Source of the DNA: a virus
Taxonomy: Duplodnaviria > Caudoviricetes
Reading direction: 5' to 3' (one strand)
IMG/VR virus record: IMGVR_UViG_3300017540_000270
Location: 1-44,989 of that record
Length of the DNA stretch: 44,989 nt
The translations under genes were made by a program, and so were the position numbers. A model generated the notes under the pieces. That model saw only the letters and a program-made list of their open reading frames with translations. It was not told where the DNA came from and ran no database searches. Below, in pieces: positions 25,890-35,882 of this stretch. Within the stretch, counting starts at the first letter, position 1. Every line of letters begins with the position of its first letter.

Positions 25890-26989
25890 GCGAACGTGGC
25901 CTCCGATTCCGCGAAGGTGATGTCGATGGTCTCGTCGCCCTCGTTGGAGACGTCGACCAGGTACTCGATCACCCGGTAGTAGTTGTCGAACTGCACGAAG
26001 CCGTCATCAGCTCGCACCAGGCACTCATCCCCCTCGATGAAGCTGCCGACCTCCCCTTCCTCCGTCACGCGCAGCGACAGAACCGGGATGCTGACGGGCA
26101 GCTTGTGCTCGGTGAGCCGACGCTGCGCGTGTGCGGCAAGCGTCTCCAGGCGAGTGACGTCCTTGTGCGACACTGTGCCGTCTAGAAGCGGGTAGCCCTG
26201 GTCGAGGACGTTCGTGTCCTGCGCGGTGCTGATAAGCATCGCGGGCCCCTCGCCCGATCCGAGAGCATCGACGCGGTTCTCAAGGCGGTCGGCGTCGATC
26301 TGCCAGTCCAGCAGCTTCACGTTCTTGCCCTGCTCGAAGACGATGTTGGTGCGTCGACCGCGGCGCGGGTACCCAAGTCGCAGTGTCTTCACGAAGTTGT
26401 GAGAGGTCGGCTCAGTGACCTCGATCGCGAAGTCAAAGCCGCCGCTCAAGCTAGCCAAACTCTCGAGCTCGTTGCCGACGATTGACCGCTCGAACCCGTT
26501 GATGGTCTTCACACGCAACACGCCGCTTGTCTCATCGCCGAGTAGAACGCCGATGTCCCCGTTCGGCTGCGGGTATGTGCCGTTGCCTGACGTCGCCTGA
26601 GTGACCGGCTGGCCCTGCGTGTAGCGGATGAGCTCCTTGAAGATGGTGAGCTGATCGACGTTCGTGAACTTGATGTTGTGCCGCAGGCGCCGTCGTCGGA
26701 AGTAGCTCCAGAACCCCTCGCACCCGAGCGACAGGACATCGTTGCCCTTGACCTTGCGGGCCGTCCAGAGGATGCCGCCCCACACGACCAGGCCGTTGCG
26801 ACGTACGAAGATGGCGGTACGACCAGGGTCGAGGTTGGCTCGCGTGGCCTTGGGGTGCGTGTAGCGGATGTTCGCGTTGAGCGCCCCAGGCCCGTTGAGC
26901 ACCTTCGACCACCGGACGCCCGTGAGAGGCAGCTCCTCGCGGACCGTGCCCGTGAGGAGGTCTGCCGAGAGATAAGTGTAGACGGCCAC
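25886..26989 (-). CDS. Minor tail/baseplate hub protein
   Basis: DLLTG...ELP...LNGPG...VVWGG...GFDF...GYPRRG, typical of actinophage hub proteins. Confidence 0.8.
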   Translation of the reverse strand: MAVYTYLSADLLTGTVREELPLTGVRWSKVLNGPGALNANIRYTHPKATRANLDPGRTAIFVRRNGLVVWGGILWTARKVKGNDVLSLGCEGFWSYFRRRRLRHNIKFTNVDQLTIFKELIRYTQGQPVTQATSGNGTYPQPNGDIGVLLGDETSGVLRVKTINGFERSIVGNELESLASLSGGFDFAIEVTEPTSHNFVKTLRLGYPRRGRRTNIVFEQGKNVKLLDWQIDADRLENRVDALGSGEGPAMLISTAQDTNVLDQGYPLLDGTVSHKDVTRLETLAAHAQRRLTEHKLPVSIPVLSLRVTEEGEVGSFIEGDECLVRADDGFVQFDNYYRVIEYLVDVSNEGDETIDITFAESEATFA

Positions 26990-27271
26990 CTAGATGTCGA
27001 ACAGGGCCTTGGAGACCTTGGCGGCTCGCTCGACGTCCGTGGACGAGATCGTGACGGTCCGGATGCGTCGCTCGTCACGGAGGTAGATGAGCTCGCTGTT
27101 CCCGGTGAGCCGGCGTACGGCACCGTTCGGGAAGTAGGCAAAGGCCGGGTCCGCGCCGGCGCCGACGCCGATGACGTAGGGCTCGGGGACGATTCGCTGG
27201 CGCTGCGCGGCCAGCTCGTCGTCGAGTCCCTTGATCGCCACGGCGATATCGCTGGTGGGAGTATCAGTCAT
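26990..27271 (-). CDS. Hypothetical protein downstream of the amidase
   Basis: Strong AAGGAGG RBS. Confidence 0.65.
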   Translation of the reverse strand: MTDTPTSDIAVAIKGLDDELAAQRQRIVPEPYVIGVGAGADPAFAYFPNGAVRRLTGNSELIYLRDERRIRTVTISSTDVERAAKVSKALFDI

Positions 27272-27284
27272 GAGGCTCCTCCTT

Positions 27285-27896
27285 CTAGGAGATGATGATG
27301 AGATGTCGGCCGCGCTGCCGCTGCTGCGGCGGAGGGCTGTTCAGCGCCGCAATGGCAGCGCGGATGCCTGGCAGGACGGACTCGGTGAACTGCCGAATGC
27401 GCACTGGACCGGGGCACGTCTTGCCAGGGACGTTGGTCCAATGGCCAGGGAAGAGGCTGTGCCACCCCATGCCCGGGGCGTAGGGCGAGCTCGGGACCTC
27501 AGGCGGAATCCAGAACGTGAGCGCGAGCCACGTACCGAACCGGATCAGCTCGCGCAGCTGGTACTCGTTCCAAGGCGTCTCGTGAGGCGCACCGTCGTCC
27601 TCGGTCTCCGTGGAGACCGCGCCGACCCAACGCGCGCCGTCGTGCCAGCGGTTCGCCCTGTAGTTGGCATCAGCAGACCGGTCGAAGCCGACGAACTGTT
27701 CATGCCGATCCCAGCGCAGCCAGGTATGACTCTCGAGGTCGATATCAGCGCGCTCGAAGTAGTCCCCGAGGTTCGTCGGGCCTGGTCCGTCGACTGCAGT
27801 ATGCACGATCCACTGGACGGGCACGATGTGCGGCTGCGTGTGTGCCTCGGGCAGCGGGCGCCAGATGAGCGCGGGATCTCGGTCGGCACTCATCAC
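27285..27896 (-). CDS. Endolysin, N-acetylmuramoyl-L-alanine amidase (Amidase_2)
   Basis: IVHT, ESH, ETE, GWH, KTCPG. Confidence 0.85.
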   Translation of the reverse strand: MMSADRDPALIWRPLPEAHTQPHIVPVQWIVHTAVDGPGPTNLGDYFERADIDLESHTWLRWDRHEQFVGFDRSADANYRANRWHDGARWVGAVSTETEDDGAPHETPWNEYQLRELIRFGTWLALTFWIPPEVPSSPYAPGMGWHSLFPGHWTNVPGKTCPGPVRIRQFTESVLPGIRAAIAALNSPPPQQRQRGRHLIIIS

Positions 27897-28891
27897 GCTG
27901 AGACCACCATCAGTTGCGCGCGACGAGTTGGGTTTGCCAGCAGGTTTACGTTGTTCAAGCCTGCATGCGTCAGCTTGTACGTGTGTGATCCCGCCGATGG
28001 CGTGAGGCGCGTCTCAGCATAATGTGTGACCAGCCCAGTGCTCGGATGAAGTACCTGCGACATCGGAGACTCGACCGTTGAGCTGCCCTCCTTCAGGTCG
28101 AACAGGATCGTTTCCGTGGAACCCGTGTTCTGCAGGTTGAGGCGCGCCTTCACCAGGACAGGGCCGCCCAGTGCATCGAATGTCACCGACAGGCCCGCGA
28201 AGTCAGTACCGCTGGCAACGCCGTTCTGGTTGGTGGTTCGCTCAGCACTCGCGAGCACCTGACCAGGTACGTATCGCCAGGCTGATCCGTTCCAATACAG
28301 ACGCAAGCCAGTGTTGTCCTCGTAGATCTCTTGCCCCGCATGAGGCGATGTCGGCCGCGTTGTCGACGTACAGACGATCGTGCCGCCGACCGCTGCGGTG
28401 CGCTGGCGCACATCAGCGATATGAGCGTTCGTGATCGACGAGGCCAGCGCGGGCACCGTCACAACGGCGAGCTTGATCGCGTTGTTTGGCACGGCCGGCT
28501 CGGATGGTGTCGAGGCGGGCGTACCCGTGATGACCTCGAGTGCCCACTCGTTGCTAGAGCCAGAGTAGAAGGCGTCGTACACGCGAGCGATGATGATGTC
28601 CTTGCGCGGGTTGGTCGGGTCGGCAGCCGCGATTGTGAGGTTCTTCGTGGCGTCGTTCCAGACGAGGTAGCTGCCCTGCGTGATCGCGGCGTCGTCGCCG
28701 TTCACGGCCGCTCGGCCACCAGCGACATCGACCGACATGTTGGCTCCGGCGCCACGCTGGGTGACCTTGAGATCATCCTCACCGAAGACGCCCTCACGCC
28801 CGGCAAGGAGAGCGGTCAGGACCGCGCGGTCGTTCTCGGCAGTGTGGTCGATGCGGTTCTGCAGCCACAGACAGGGGTTGCGTTCAGCCAT
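27893..28891 (-). CDS. Minor tail protein
   Basis: NMSVDVAGG, ADPTNPRKDIII, ITNAHIADVR, GQEIYE. Confidence 0.8.
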   Translation of the reverse strand: MAERNPCLWLQNRIDHTAENDRAVLTALLAGREGVFGEDDLKVTQRGAGANMSVDVAGGRAAVNGDDAAITQGSYLVWNDATKNLTIAAADPTNPRKDIIIARVYDAFYSGSSNEWALEVITGTPASTPSEPAVPNNAIKLAVVTVPALASSITNAHIADVRQRTAAVGGTIVCTSTTRPTSPHAGQEIYEDNTGLRLYWNGSAWRYVPGQVLASAERTTNQNGVASGTDFAGLSVTFDALGGPVLVKARLNLQNTGSTETILFDLKEGSSTVESPMSQVLHPSTGLVTHYAETRLTPSAGSHTYKLTHAGLNNVNLLANPTRRAQLMVVSA

Positions 28892-28905
28892 TCGTGTGTG
28901 TCTCC

Positions 28906-29760
28906 TTAGATCCAGGCGTCGCGCCACTCAATAAAGGCGTACGCTGCGGCGTCGTAGGCATCGGCTCCGAAACGGATTTCGTTCGGGCCAGGCACGAGCT
29001 CCCAGAACTCGCCGGACTTGGCGAAGTACCTAGAAGCGGCTCCGCCCAGAAGGACAGTCGCTTCTGCGAAGTTGACGACGATGAACTCGCCAACGCCAAT
29101 GGTGTAGACGAGGCGCAGGCGTCGGTTCGTCGTGACGTTCTCGATGAACGGGTTCGTCACCGGCCCGTAGAAGGTCACAGTTGGCAGGGTGCCGATCGAA
29201 CCCTCATTCGTGATCGTCTGCACTCCGGAGGACCCCGACCCTCCGTACCCGTAGTTGAAGCTCTTGTTGTATCCGCGACCTGTCGTCGCGGTTGCGAGAG
29301 CAAGGGCTGTCTGGTGCTCGACGTCTGAGTACCAGCGCGGATCGGCCCCGAAGTACTCCAGCGTGCCATCGATCCTCGAGCCGATGATCCGGGCAGTCTC
29401 AAACGATGCCCGTCGTGGACGGCCGTGCAGACGCCATGTCTGCTGACCAGGGAGCCGCAGCATGAGCGGCTTGATGGCCGTCGTGTCCGTTCGTGTGTCG
29501 AGGTGCCACTCGCGCAGGAGCGCATTCAGCTTCATCACGGCGTCCGCCGGGTCATCACCGCGAATGGTGACGTCGATGCGGATGTCCCGTGAGTCGGGCA
29601 CGTCCGGCCCGAGGAAGCTGCCGTAGTCCTGCGGGCGCTGGCTGTCGCTGTTGCGGATGGACGGGATACCGAGGCCATCCCACTGGTGGACGATGTAGTC
29701 GCGGCCGGCTCCCGAGCCGCCAAGGATGATGTCGCCGATGCCCAGCTCGAACTCTTCCAT
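28906..29760 (-). CDS. Distal tail (Dit-like) protein
   Basis: Follows the tape measure gene; ADPRWY, GPVTNP, LVPGPNEI. Confidence 0.85.
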   Translation of the reverse strand: MEEFELGIGDIILGGSGAGRDYIVHQWDGLGIPSIRNSDSQRPQDYGSFLGPDVPDSRDIRIDVTIRGDDPADAVMKLNALLREWHLDTRTDTTAIKPLMLRLPGQQTWRLHGRPRRASFETARIIGSRIDGTLEYFGADPRWYSDVEHQTALALATATTGRGYNKSFNYGYGGSGSSGVQTITNEGSIGTLPTVTFYGPVTNPFIENVTTNRRLRLVYTIGVGEFIVVNFAEATVLLGGAASRYFAKSGEFWELVPGPNEIRFGADAYDAAAYAFIEWRDAWI

Positions 29761-29765
29761 AATGG

Positions 29766-32564
29766 CTATCGCCCCGTTGTCTTCATGGCCCAGCGCGCCT
29801 CGATGCCCGCCTGGCGAGCTGCCTCGTACGGGTCGAGCGCATAGATCGTCTGGTTGACCACCACGGCGGCGCCCTTGTCCTCGCCGCTGAGGGTGGCACC
29901 GTCCGGCAGCAGGCCGGCTTCGCGAAGGATGGCGGCGGCTCGACGCGGCCGCGTAAGAGGAACGACCGCCTCCTCACCAGCCTCGGCGATCTGCGCGAAC
30001 ACGGGCGAGCTGAAGATGCCTCCGTTCGCGAGGCGCAGGACGTTCCACATGTTGTCAGGTAGGCCGACCGTCTTCCGCACGGGACCAACGCCGATGGTGA
30101 AGTCCATCGCGTTCGTCTTCTCGTTGAGCCAGTCGATGACGCGGTTCCAGCCCGTCTTCAGGGCGTCCATCAGAGCGTCGGTGAACCCCTTGCCGATGTC
30201 GAACGCAGCGGAGGCGATTCCCTTCACGCCGTCGACGATGCCGCTGATGAACTTGCCACCGATGTCGAGGCCGGCCTGGCCGATGCCTGCCAGGAGCCGC
30301 CCGAGTCGGCTCGGCAGGTCGCGGATGAAGCCGACGATGGTGTCGACCGCGGTGCGCACCGATCCGGTGACACCGCGCCAGATGCCGGCAAAGGTGTTGC
30401 GCATCCCCTCCCAGATCTGGCGCCAGTCGCCGTTGATGATCCCGCGGATCACCTGGATGATCCCGCTCAGCGTCTGCAGGAAGCCCTCGACGATCGACTT
30501 GGCGACTCCGAACGCACCAGTGAAGACGCTCTTGACGGTGCTCCCGATGAGGGACAGGAGCGGCTGGGCCACATTCCAGAACCCCTGCAGCACCGAGACG
30601 ATCACTTCGAACGCCGCGACCACGACGACGCGCAGCTCCCAGATGGCGCTGACAACCCCCTGAATGATCGGGATGACGGCCGATCCCAGGACGGAGGCGA
30701 TCGTCGACGCCAGCCCCGTGAAGACGTCCGACAGCGTCTCGATGATCGGACCGCCGACGTCGACAGCGAGCTGGAACGCGGCCATGAAGTCACGGGCGAA
30801 CTTCGACGACAGGTCGCCCATGAGGCCCAGCGCTTCGCCGAAGACAGGCGCGACCCAGCGGACGAACCAGTCGACGATCGGCTGGACACCGCTGCGAACC
30901 GCCTGGAATCCACGGACTAGGCCGTTGAGCGCCGACTGAGCCACGCGCACCGCGCCCGCGGCCGCCTGCTGCATCGAGCGCCAAGCGACCGGCGCGAAGT
31001 CCCGCAGCCACTCAACCGCGGAGCGGAAGGCGCCCATGAGGAGCCGGGCGAGCGCGTTGACGGCCTCACGGAACGGCTCGAACCGCTGGTACGCCATGTA
31101 CAGCGTTCCCGCGAGGGCGATGAGGGGCGAGAACGCAGGCAGGAGCGTTGAGGCGATCAGGGACCCGATAGCGATCAGGACCTCCTGCAGGTTGTCCCGA
31201 AGGAACCGGACCACCGCGTCCACCGCGTTGCGGAACCATTCGATCCGCTGGTAGGCGATGTAGAAGCCAGCCGCCAGGGCCACGATCGCCGCGATCACAG
31301 GATGCGCAGCGATGAGGTTCAGCGCCGCACCGATGTTGCCGATGAGGCGGAGCATCGGCCCGAGCGCTGCGACGACGAGGGCGATGTTGATCGCCATCGA
31401 CTGAGCGCCAGGGCTCAGCGACTCCCATCCACGAAGGAGCGTCTCAGTGAACCCTGACACGCTTTCGACCAAGCGGGGCAGGACGCTGGCACCGATGTCG
31501 GTCCCGACGATCTTCACCCGGTTGAGCGCCTTGTTGAACTTGAACTCGGCCGTCTCGGAGGTCCGCTGGAAGGCCTTGTCCACGAGGCCGGTGGAGTTGC
31601 CCATCGCCTCGAAGATGCGGGCGGTGTTGCTCAGGTTCTCGCCCGTCATGATCGTCAGACCGTTGAAGGCCCGGATGTTGGGGAACATGTTGGCGAGGAG
31701 CTCGTCGTTGTCTCCGACCTTGTCGCGGAGGTCGACGAGAGTGGCGAGGAGGCCCTTCTCATCGATGCTCTTGCGGACCTCATCCGCGGACAGACCGACC
31801 TCGGCGAGGGCCTTAGCGACCTGCCTCGAGGGCTTGGCCAGGGTGAAGAAGACCTGCCGGAGGGCGGTGGCCGACTCGTCCGCGGACAGGCCGACGAGGG
31901 TCATGGACGACATCGCCGCCGCGACTTCGTCGAACGTGACGCCGAGCAGCTGGGCCGGGGCGATCACGCGGCCGATCGAGCCAGCGAAGTCCTCGGCCTC
32001 GCCCTTGCCCTCCTGCACCGCGCGGAGGAGGATGTCCGCTGCGTCAGCTGCCTTCAGGTTCTCGATGCCGTAGGCGTTGATGGCCGAGGTGAGCGCGTCC
32101 GCGACGGTCTGGGTGTCGCCGAGGCCGACGGCCGATGCCTTCGCCGACGCCTTGAGGACGTCGAGCGCGTGTGACGCATCGATGCCAGACGACGCGATGA
32201 AGTAGAGGCCTTCAGCGAGCTCGGCGGGGCTCTGCGGAAGCACGCGCGCGAGCTCAAGGACGCTCTCGGTCCATTCCTCGACCTGGGCGGACGACTCGCC
32301 AGCCAGCGTCTCGATCTTGACCATCGCCGACTCGAAGCTGGTGGCGAGGATGGCCGACGCGCCCGTCGCGTACGCGATCGGGAGCGTGAAGCGGCGGCTC
32401 AAGATCGAGCCGGTGGCGATGAGGCCCTGGGACGCAGCTGCGAGCTGCGTGTTCATGGCGCCGACCTGCCGCGAGAGCGCTGCAGACTGCGCCGCGGTGG
32501 CGTTGAAGGTCCGCGTCAGGTGCGACGTATCGCCGACGAACCGAAGGACTACCGGCCTGGCCAT
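29766..32564 (-). CDS. Tape measure protein (TP901-like core)
   Basis: 932 aa, Ala-rich; ELAEGLYFIASSG, W/F periodic repeats, EAGEEAVVPL. Confidence 0.93.
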   Translation of the reverse strand: MARPVVLRFVGDTSHLTRTFNATAAQSAALSRQVGAMNTQLAAASQGLIATGSILSRRFTLPIAYATGASAILATSFESAMVKIETLAGESSAQVEEWTESVLELARVLPQSPAELAEGLYFIASSGIDASHALDVLKASAKASAVGLGDTQTVADALTSAINAYGIENLKAADAADILLRAVQEGKGEAEDFAGSIGRVIAPAQLLGVTFDEVAAAMSSMTLVGLSADESATALRQVFFTLAKPSRQVAKALAEVGLSADEVRKSIDEKGLLATLVDLRDKVGDNDELLANMFPNIRAFNGLTIMTGENLSNTARIFEAMGNSTGLVDKAFQRTSETAEFKFNKALNRVKIVGTDIGASVLPRLVESVSGFTETLLRGWESLSPGAQSMAINIALVVAALGPMLRLIGNIGAALNLIAAHPVIAAIVALAAGFYIAYQRIEWFRNAVDAVVRFLRDNLQEVLIAIGSLIASTLLPAFSPLIALAGTLYMAYQRFEPFREAVNALARLLMGAFRSAVEWLRDFAPVAWRSMQQAAAGAVRVAQSALNGLVRGFQAVRSGVQPIVDWFVRWVAPVFGEALGLMGDLSSKFARDFMAAFQLAVDVGGPIIETLSDVFTGLASTIASVLGSAVIPIIQGVVSAIWELRVVVVAAFEVIVSVLQGFWNVAQPLLSLIGSTVKSVFTGAFGVAKSIVEGFLQTLSGIIQVIRGIINGDWRQIWEGMRNTFAGIWRGVTGSVRTAVDTIVGFIRDLPSRLGRLLAGIGQAGLDIGGKFISGIVDGVKGIASAAFDIGKGFTDALMDALKTGWNRVIDWLNEKTNAMDFTIGVGPVRKTVGLPDNMWNVLRLANGGIFSSPVFAQIAEAGEEAVVPLTRPRRAAAILREAGLLPDGATLSGEDKGAAVVVNQTIYALDPYEAARQAGIEARWAMKTTGR

Positions 32565-33016
32565 CAGCGAACTCCCGTGGGCGGGTTCGACTCAAGGTCG
32601 ATCGCGACCCGCGTGAGGAGCAGGTCCATCCGCAGCTCGATCTCGGGCCGCATCTCACGCAGCGTCGGGTAGACGGTGCGGCCCGACTTCACTCGCTCGC
32701 GGAAGGGCGGCGGCGTCTTGCTGTTGCCGCCGAACTCCCACCAGCCAGCCTGTGGCGACGAGCGCCCGAACGTGAGCTGCATCTCGCCCGTCTTGGTGGT
32801 GACGTGCAGGTCCTGGCGGAGCCGGCCGGTACGGCGCGACCGCGGGATCGTGAACGTCCGATCCATCTTCTGCCGGACGGACCGCTTCATCTCGGTGCCG
32901 ATCTCGCGAAGGGTTCGCGTGACCTCGGCGGGCGTGCGACGCTCCTCGCGACGAAGTGCTGCGCGGAACTCGGCGAGGCCATGCACCTCGATGCGCGGAG
33001 CGATCGCGCTCGGCAT
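32564..33016 (-). CDS. HK97 gp10-like neck/tail-completion protein
   Basis: IEVHGLAEF, RTGRLR, WEFG. Confidence 0.7.
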   Translation of the reverse strand: MPSAIAPRIEVHGLAEFRAALRREERRTPAEVTRTLREIGTEMKRSVRQKMDRTFTIPRSRRTGRLRQDLHVTTKTGEMQLTFGRSSPQAGWWEFGGNSKTPPPFRERVKSGRTVYPTLREMRPEIELRMDLLLTRVAIDLESNPPTGVR

Positions 33017-33032
33017 GACCTCACCTCCTTCC

Positions 33033-33235
33033 TCAGTACTTGTTGAGCTGTCGTCTCAGCTCGAATCGCTCTTGTGCTTCGTTCTGCGCGTCAGTGCGCT
33101 TCTTCAGGACCCGGACCACCGCGTCGAACAGCTGCGGCTCCCGCTCCGCGGTGCGGTAGAGCTGGCCCGGGTCGACGCCGAGCTCCACCGCCACGACGGC
33201 AATCAGCCAGGTTGCGGAGCCGGGACCGAAGGGTC
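33033..33235 (-). CDS. Tail assembly chaperone -1 frameshift extension
   Basis: The -1 frame is open across GAC-CCT-TCG (33228-33235) and continues PFGPGSATWLIAVVAVELGVDP. Confidence 0.55.
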
Positions 33236-33571
33236 CGCGGCGTTGTCCTCCTCGCCCTCGTCGATCATCTCGACGCCCTCGATCCGGTCCACGAAGTCGT
33301 CGTCGAAGGGCAGGTCCTTGGTGATGACACCCTGCCGGCGCAACGCGCGCCAGAACAGGAAGGCCAGCCACTCCAGCGCGACCTCGGCCTTCATGACCGG
33401 CTCGCCGCTCTCCTCATCGACCACCTGCTGCCCGTGCTCGTCGAGGACGGGCTTGGGCTCAAGGGCGGACGCCTTGAGGCCGAACTGGCGCTCGAAGGCA
33501 ACGAGGTCGCCGAAGCGCGGCTGATCGAGGACGTGCTCCTGGCCGTCGAAAGTGAGCTTGGTCTTCTGCAT
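33203..33571 (-). CDS. Tail assembly chaperone
   Basis: Between major tail and tape measure genes; DLVAFERQFG. Confidence 0.8.
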   Translation of the reverse strand: MQKTKLTFDGQEHVLDQPRFGDLVAFERQFGLKASALEPKPVLDEHGQQVVDEESGEPVMKAEVALEWLAFLFWRALRRQGVITKDLPFDDDFVDRIEGVEMIDEGEEDNAADPSVPAPQPG

Positions 33572-33671
33572 TGGGCCTCTCCCGTGGGCACGACAGGGTC
33601 AGGCCCAAGCTGGGCCTGCCTGCACTGGTTCTGTTGTCGAAGAAGTGGGGGTGTTGGCCGGACGGCCGGGA

Positions 33672-34634
33672 TCAGTAGGCGGCGGTGACGTCGTTCGACA
33701 GGACGAACGTGTAGGCGTCGCTGGCCGCAGGCTCCGCCACGGAACCCTCGAGGGTGAGCTCCACAGGGCCGCCCTGAGCGTTCGTCTCGGGGAACCCGAC
33801 GACCGTCTTCAGGCGGCTGGACTCGAAGGTGAGGTGGGTGTCGGGATCGACACGCCACTGGGCGCTGACAGCCCCGTACGTGGGGTTGCACGCGACCGCG
33901 GAGCCAGCAGGCGCACCGGTGAGGGTGCGGCGGAACTCCTGCAGGTTGTCAGGGACGATGGTGAGCGAGACGTCGACCGTCTGCACCTGCGGGAAGACAT
34001 CCTTCGGGAGGACGCTGTCAGAGCCGTAGATCGGCTCGATGCCATTGGAGACCTTGATCGAGCCGCTGCGCACGATGGCGCTGGCGCCGTTCACGGTGAA
34101 TGAGCCACCGCAGCCCTTGAAGACGCCAGCCTGCGGGCGCTCGTCGGCGTCCGCCGTGTACGGCGCACCCAGGAACTCGTAGGTGCAGCCGCCCATGACG
34201 ACCTTCACGCGGAGCGCTCCGGTCTGCTCCCAGGAGAGCTCCAGCTCGTTGACACGCGCGTCGGACACCTTGAAGTACTCAGCGTCCTTGCGGGCGAACA
34301 AGCTGAGGTACGGGAGCGACAGCGCGTGCTTGAAGGTGTGGACGTAGGGACCGGAGCCAGTCACCGCGTCCTGACCGCAGGCAGCCTGGAGCAGCGTGCC
34401 GATCGACTTCGGGAGCGCCAGCGTCTCGAAGTCGGCGCCGGGGTAGACCGCCGTGCGATCGTGGCCCTGGATGAGCCGGGAGGCCCAGGTGATCGGCAGG
34501 TCCTCCTCCGACACTTCGGCGTTGGTCACGGCGCCGCTGTTCACGCCCAGCTGGTAGGCAGCGGTCGCAGCGGCCGCGCCCTTGGCGTTCTGCTTCGCGA
34601 TGCCGACCTGGGTGATCCGGTTCTGGATGGGCAC
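33672..34634 (-). CDS. Major tail protein
   Basis: 320 aa, beta-rich; GPYVHTF; position in tail module. Confidence 0.85.
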   Translation of the reverse strand: MPIQNRITQVGIAKQNAKGAAAATAAYQLGVNSGAVTNAEVSEEDLPITWASRLIQGHDRTAVYPGADFETLALPKSIGTLLQAACGQDAVTGSGPYVHTFKHALSLPYLSLFARKDAEYFKVSDARVNELELSWEQTGALRVKVVMGGCTYEFLGAPYTADADERPQAGVFKGCGGSFTVNGASAIVRSGSIKVSNGIEPIYGSDSVLPKDVFPQVQTVDVSLTIVPDNLQEFRRTLTGAPAGSAVACNPTYGAVSAQWRVDPDTHLTFESSRLKTVVGFPETNAQGGPVELTLEGSVAEPAASDAYTFVLSNDVTAAY

Positions 34635-34638
34635 GCTG

Positions 34639-34830
34639 TCAGCGCTCCTTCACTCGCTCGGCGGCGCCGCTGGGCGCCAGCATGTGCTCGAGGACGAACC
34701 ACTCGTCCTCCGTGTCGGGCCGCGCAGTGCCGGCCGGGAAGCTGAAGCGGACCTCGCGGCCATCGCGGTCTGCGAACGAGACCTCGATGTCCTCGAAGAC
34801 CGTGTAGACCGGGAACTCCAGCTCGTCCAT
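34639..34830 (-). CDS. Hypothetical protein
   Basis: ATG 7 nt after the TACAAT of a motif copy. Confidence 0.65.
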   Translation of the reverse strand: MDELEFPVYTVFEDIEVSFADRDGREVRFSFPAGTARPDTEDEWFVLEHMLAPSGAAERVKER

Positions 34831-34831
34831 C

Positions 34832-34851
34832 TGTCTCATTGTACCATGACG
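34832..34851 (-). promoter_or_regulatory. Conserved promoter/operator motif copy (leaderless)
   Basis: Minus strand CGTCAT-GGTACAAT-GAGACA-G-ATG. Confidence 0.7.
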
Positions 34852-34853
34852 CT

Positions 34854-35726
34854 CTAGACGACTCGTCGGACCGCGTAGCGGTTCACGGCACCGTCGACCT
34901 CAGGCAGACCGGTCGGCCGGTCCCAGCTCGGCGTCGAGAAGCTGATGATGGCGCTCTCGGTCTGGACTGACCGCGCGCGCTCCGGGTAGTTGCTCCCGCG
35001 GGCGACGTACCGCGCGAGGGTGACCGCCGCGTTCACGAGGTCAGCGGGGACGCCGTGGTCGAACTCCGGCGACGGCCCGTGCGTGATCCAGACCTCCTTG
35101 CGGCCCATCGCCCACACCATCTGGTGCTGGCCGACGAGGAAGTCCCAGTGGATGAACGCCGTGAACTCGAACGCACCGTCCACGACCTCGACCTCGGCCA
35201 GCCTGTCGGCAGGCACCTCGGTCTCGCCCTCGATGGCCCGGACCATCCGCCGCGGGTAGAGCGCGCCGGGCACGATCAGCCGCGAGCCGCCTGGGTGGTT
35301 GAACACGGTGTGCAGCGGCTCCTCGCAGTACGGGAAACCGAGGGCGTTGTTGAACCAGCTCTCCACCGCGTCGGCGAGGCGCAGCAGGTTCGGCGCGGAC
35401 AGGCCGGCGAGCTCCGGGTCCTCGCGCAGTCGCCAAAGCGGCACCAGCCGCTCGGACACAACGACCGCTGTCGTCTCGCTGGTCCGCGTGTGGCCATCGA
35501 CGACCGCCTGCCAGGTGATCGTGAGCACGTCCAGGTCGCTCTGTGGCGGGATGATCGCCTTGTACACGCCCGTCGTCTCCGATGTGACCGCGGAGACGCC
35601 AGACACCACGTCCCCGCTGCCGTTGGTGACGGTCAACGTGGGCGTGGTGTCCGCAGCGACGAGAGCTCCGCCCTCGTCATCGACATGCAGCCGGACGACG
35701 ATCTCGCGGTTGCGGATCGCCCTCAT
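34854..35726 (-). CDS. Head-to-tail adaptor with an Ig-like N-terminal domain
   Basis: TTGVYKA strand; VPADLVNAA...TGLPEVDGAVNRY. Confidence 0.75.
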   Translation of the reverse strand: MRAIRNREIVVRLHVDDEGGALVAADTTPTLTVTNGSGDVVSGVSAVTSETTGVYKAIIPPQSDLDVLTITWQAVVDGHTRTSETTAVVVSERLVPLWRLREDPELAGLSAPNLLRLADAVESWFNNALGFPYCEEPLHTVFNHPGGSRLIVPGALYPRRMVRAIEGETEVPADRLAEVEVVDGAFEFTAFIHWDFLVGQHQMVWAMGRKEVWITHGPSPEFDHGVPADLVNAAVTLARYVARGSNYPERARSVQTESAIISFSTPSWDRPTGLPEVDGAVNRYAVRRVV

Positions 35727-35729
35727 GCG

Positions 35730-35882
35730 CTAGTCGGGATCGATCACGCCGGCAGCCCGAAGGGCTGCGATGACCTCGTTGACCTTCTCCTCCAGCTCGG
35801 TGACCGTGGAGCTCCCGTCAGCGGGAAGGTCCTCGATCGCCGAAGCGGGGAAGAACTGGTTCTTGTCGGGATCGAAGGCCAT
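35730..35882 (-). CDS. Head-fiber/decoration-like small protein (50 aa, not in ORF track)
   Basis: TGATG coupling; VTELEEKVNEVIAALRAAGVI. Confidence 0.6.
   Translation of the reverse strand: MAFDPDKNQFFPASAIEDLPADGSSTVTELEEKVNEVIAALRAAGVIDPD

Noticed and set aside
33600-33618. Hairpin CAGGCCCA-AGC-TGGGCCTG as an intrinsic terminator
   Set aside because: No U-tract on the coding strand and it lies mid-operon; support is insufficient
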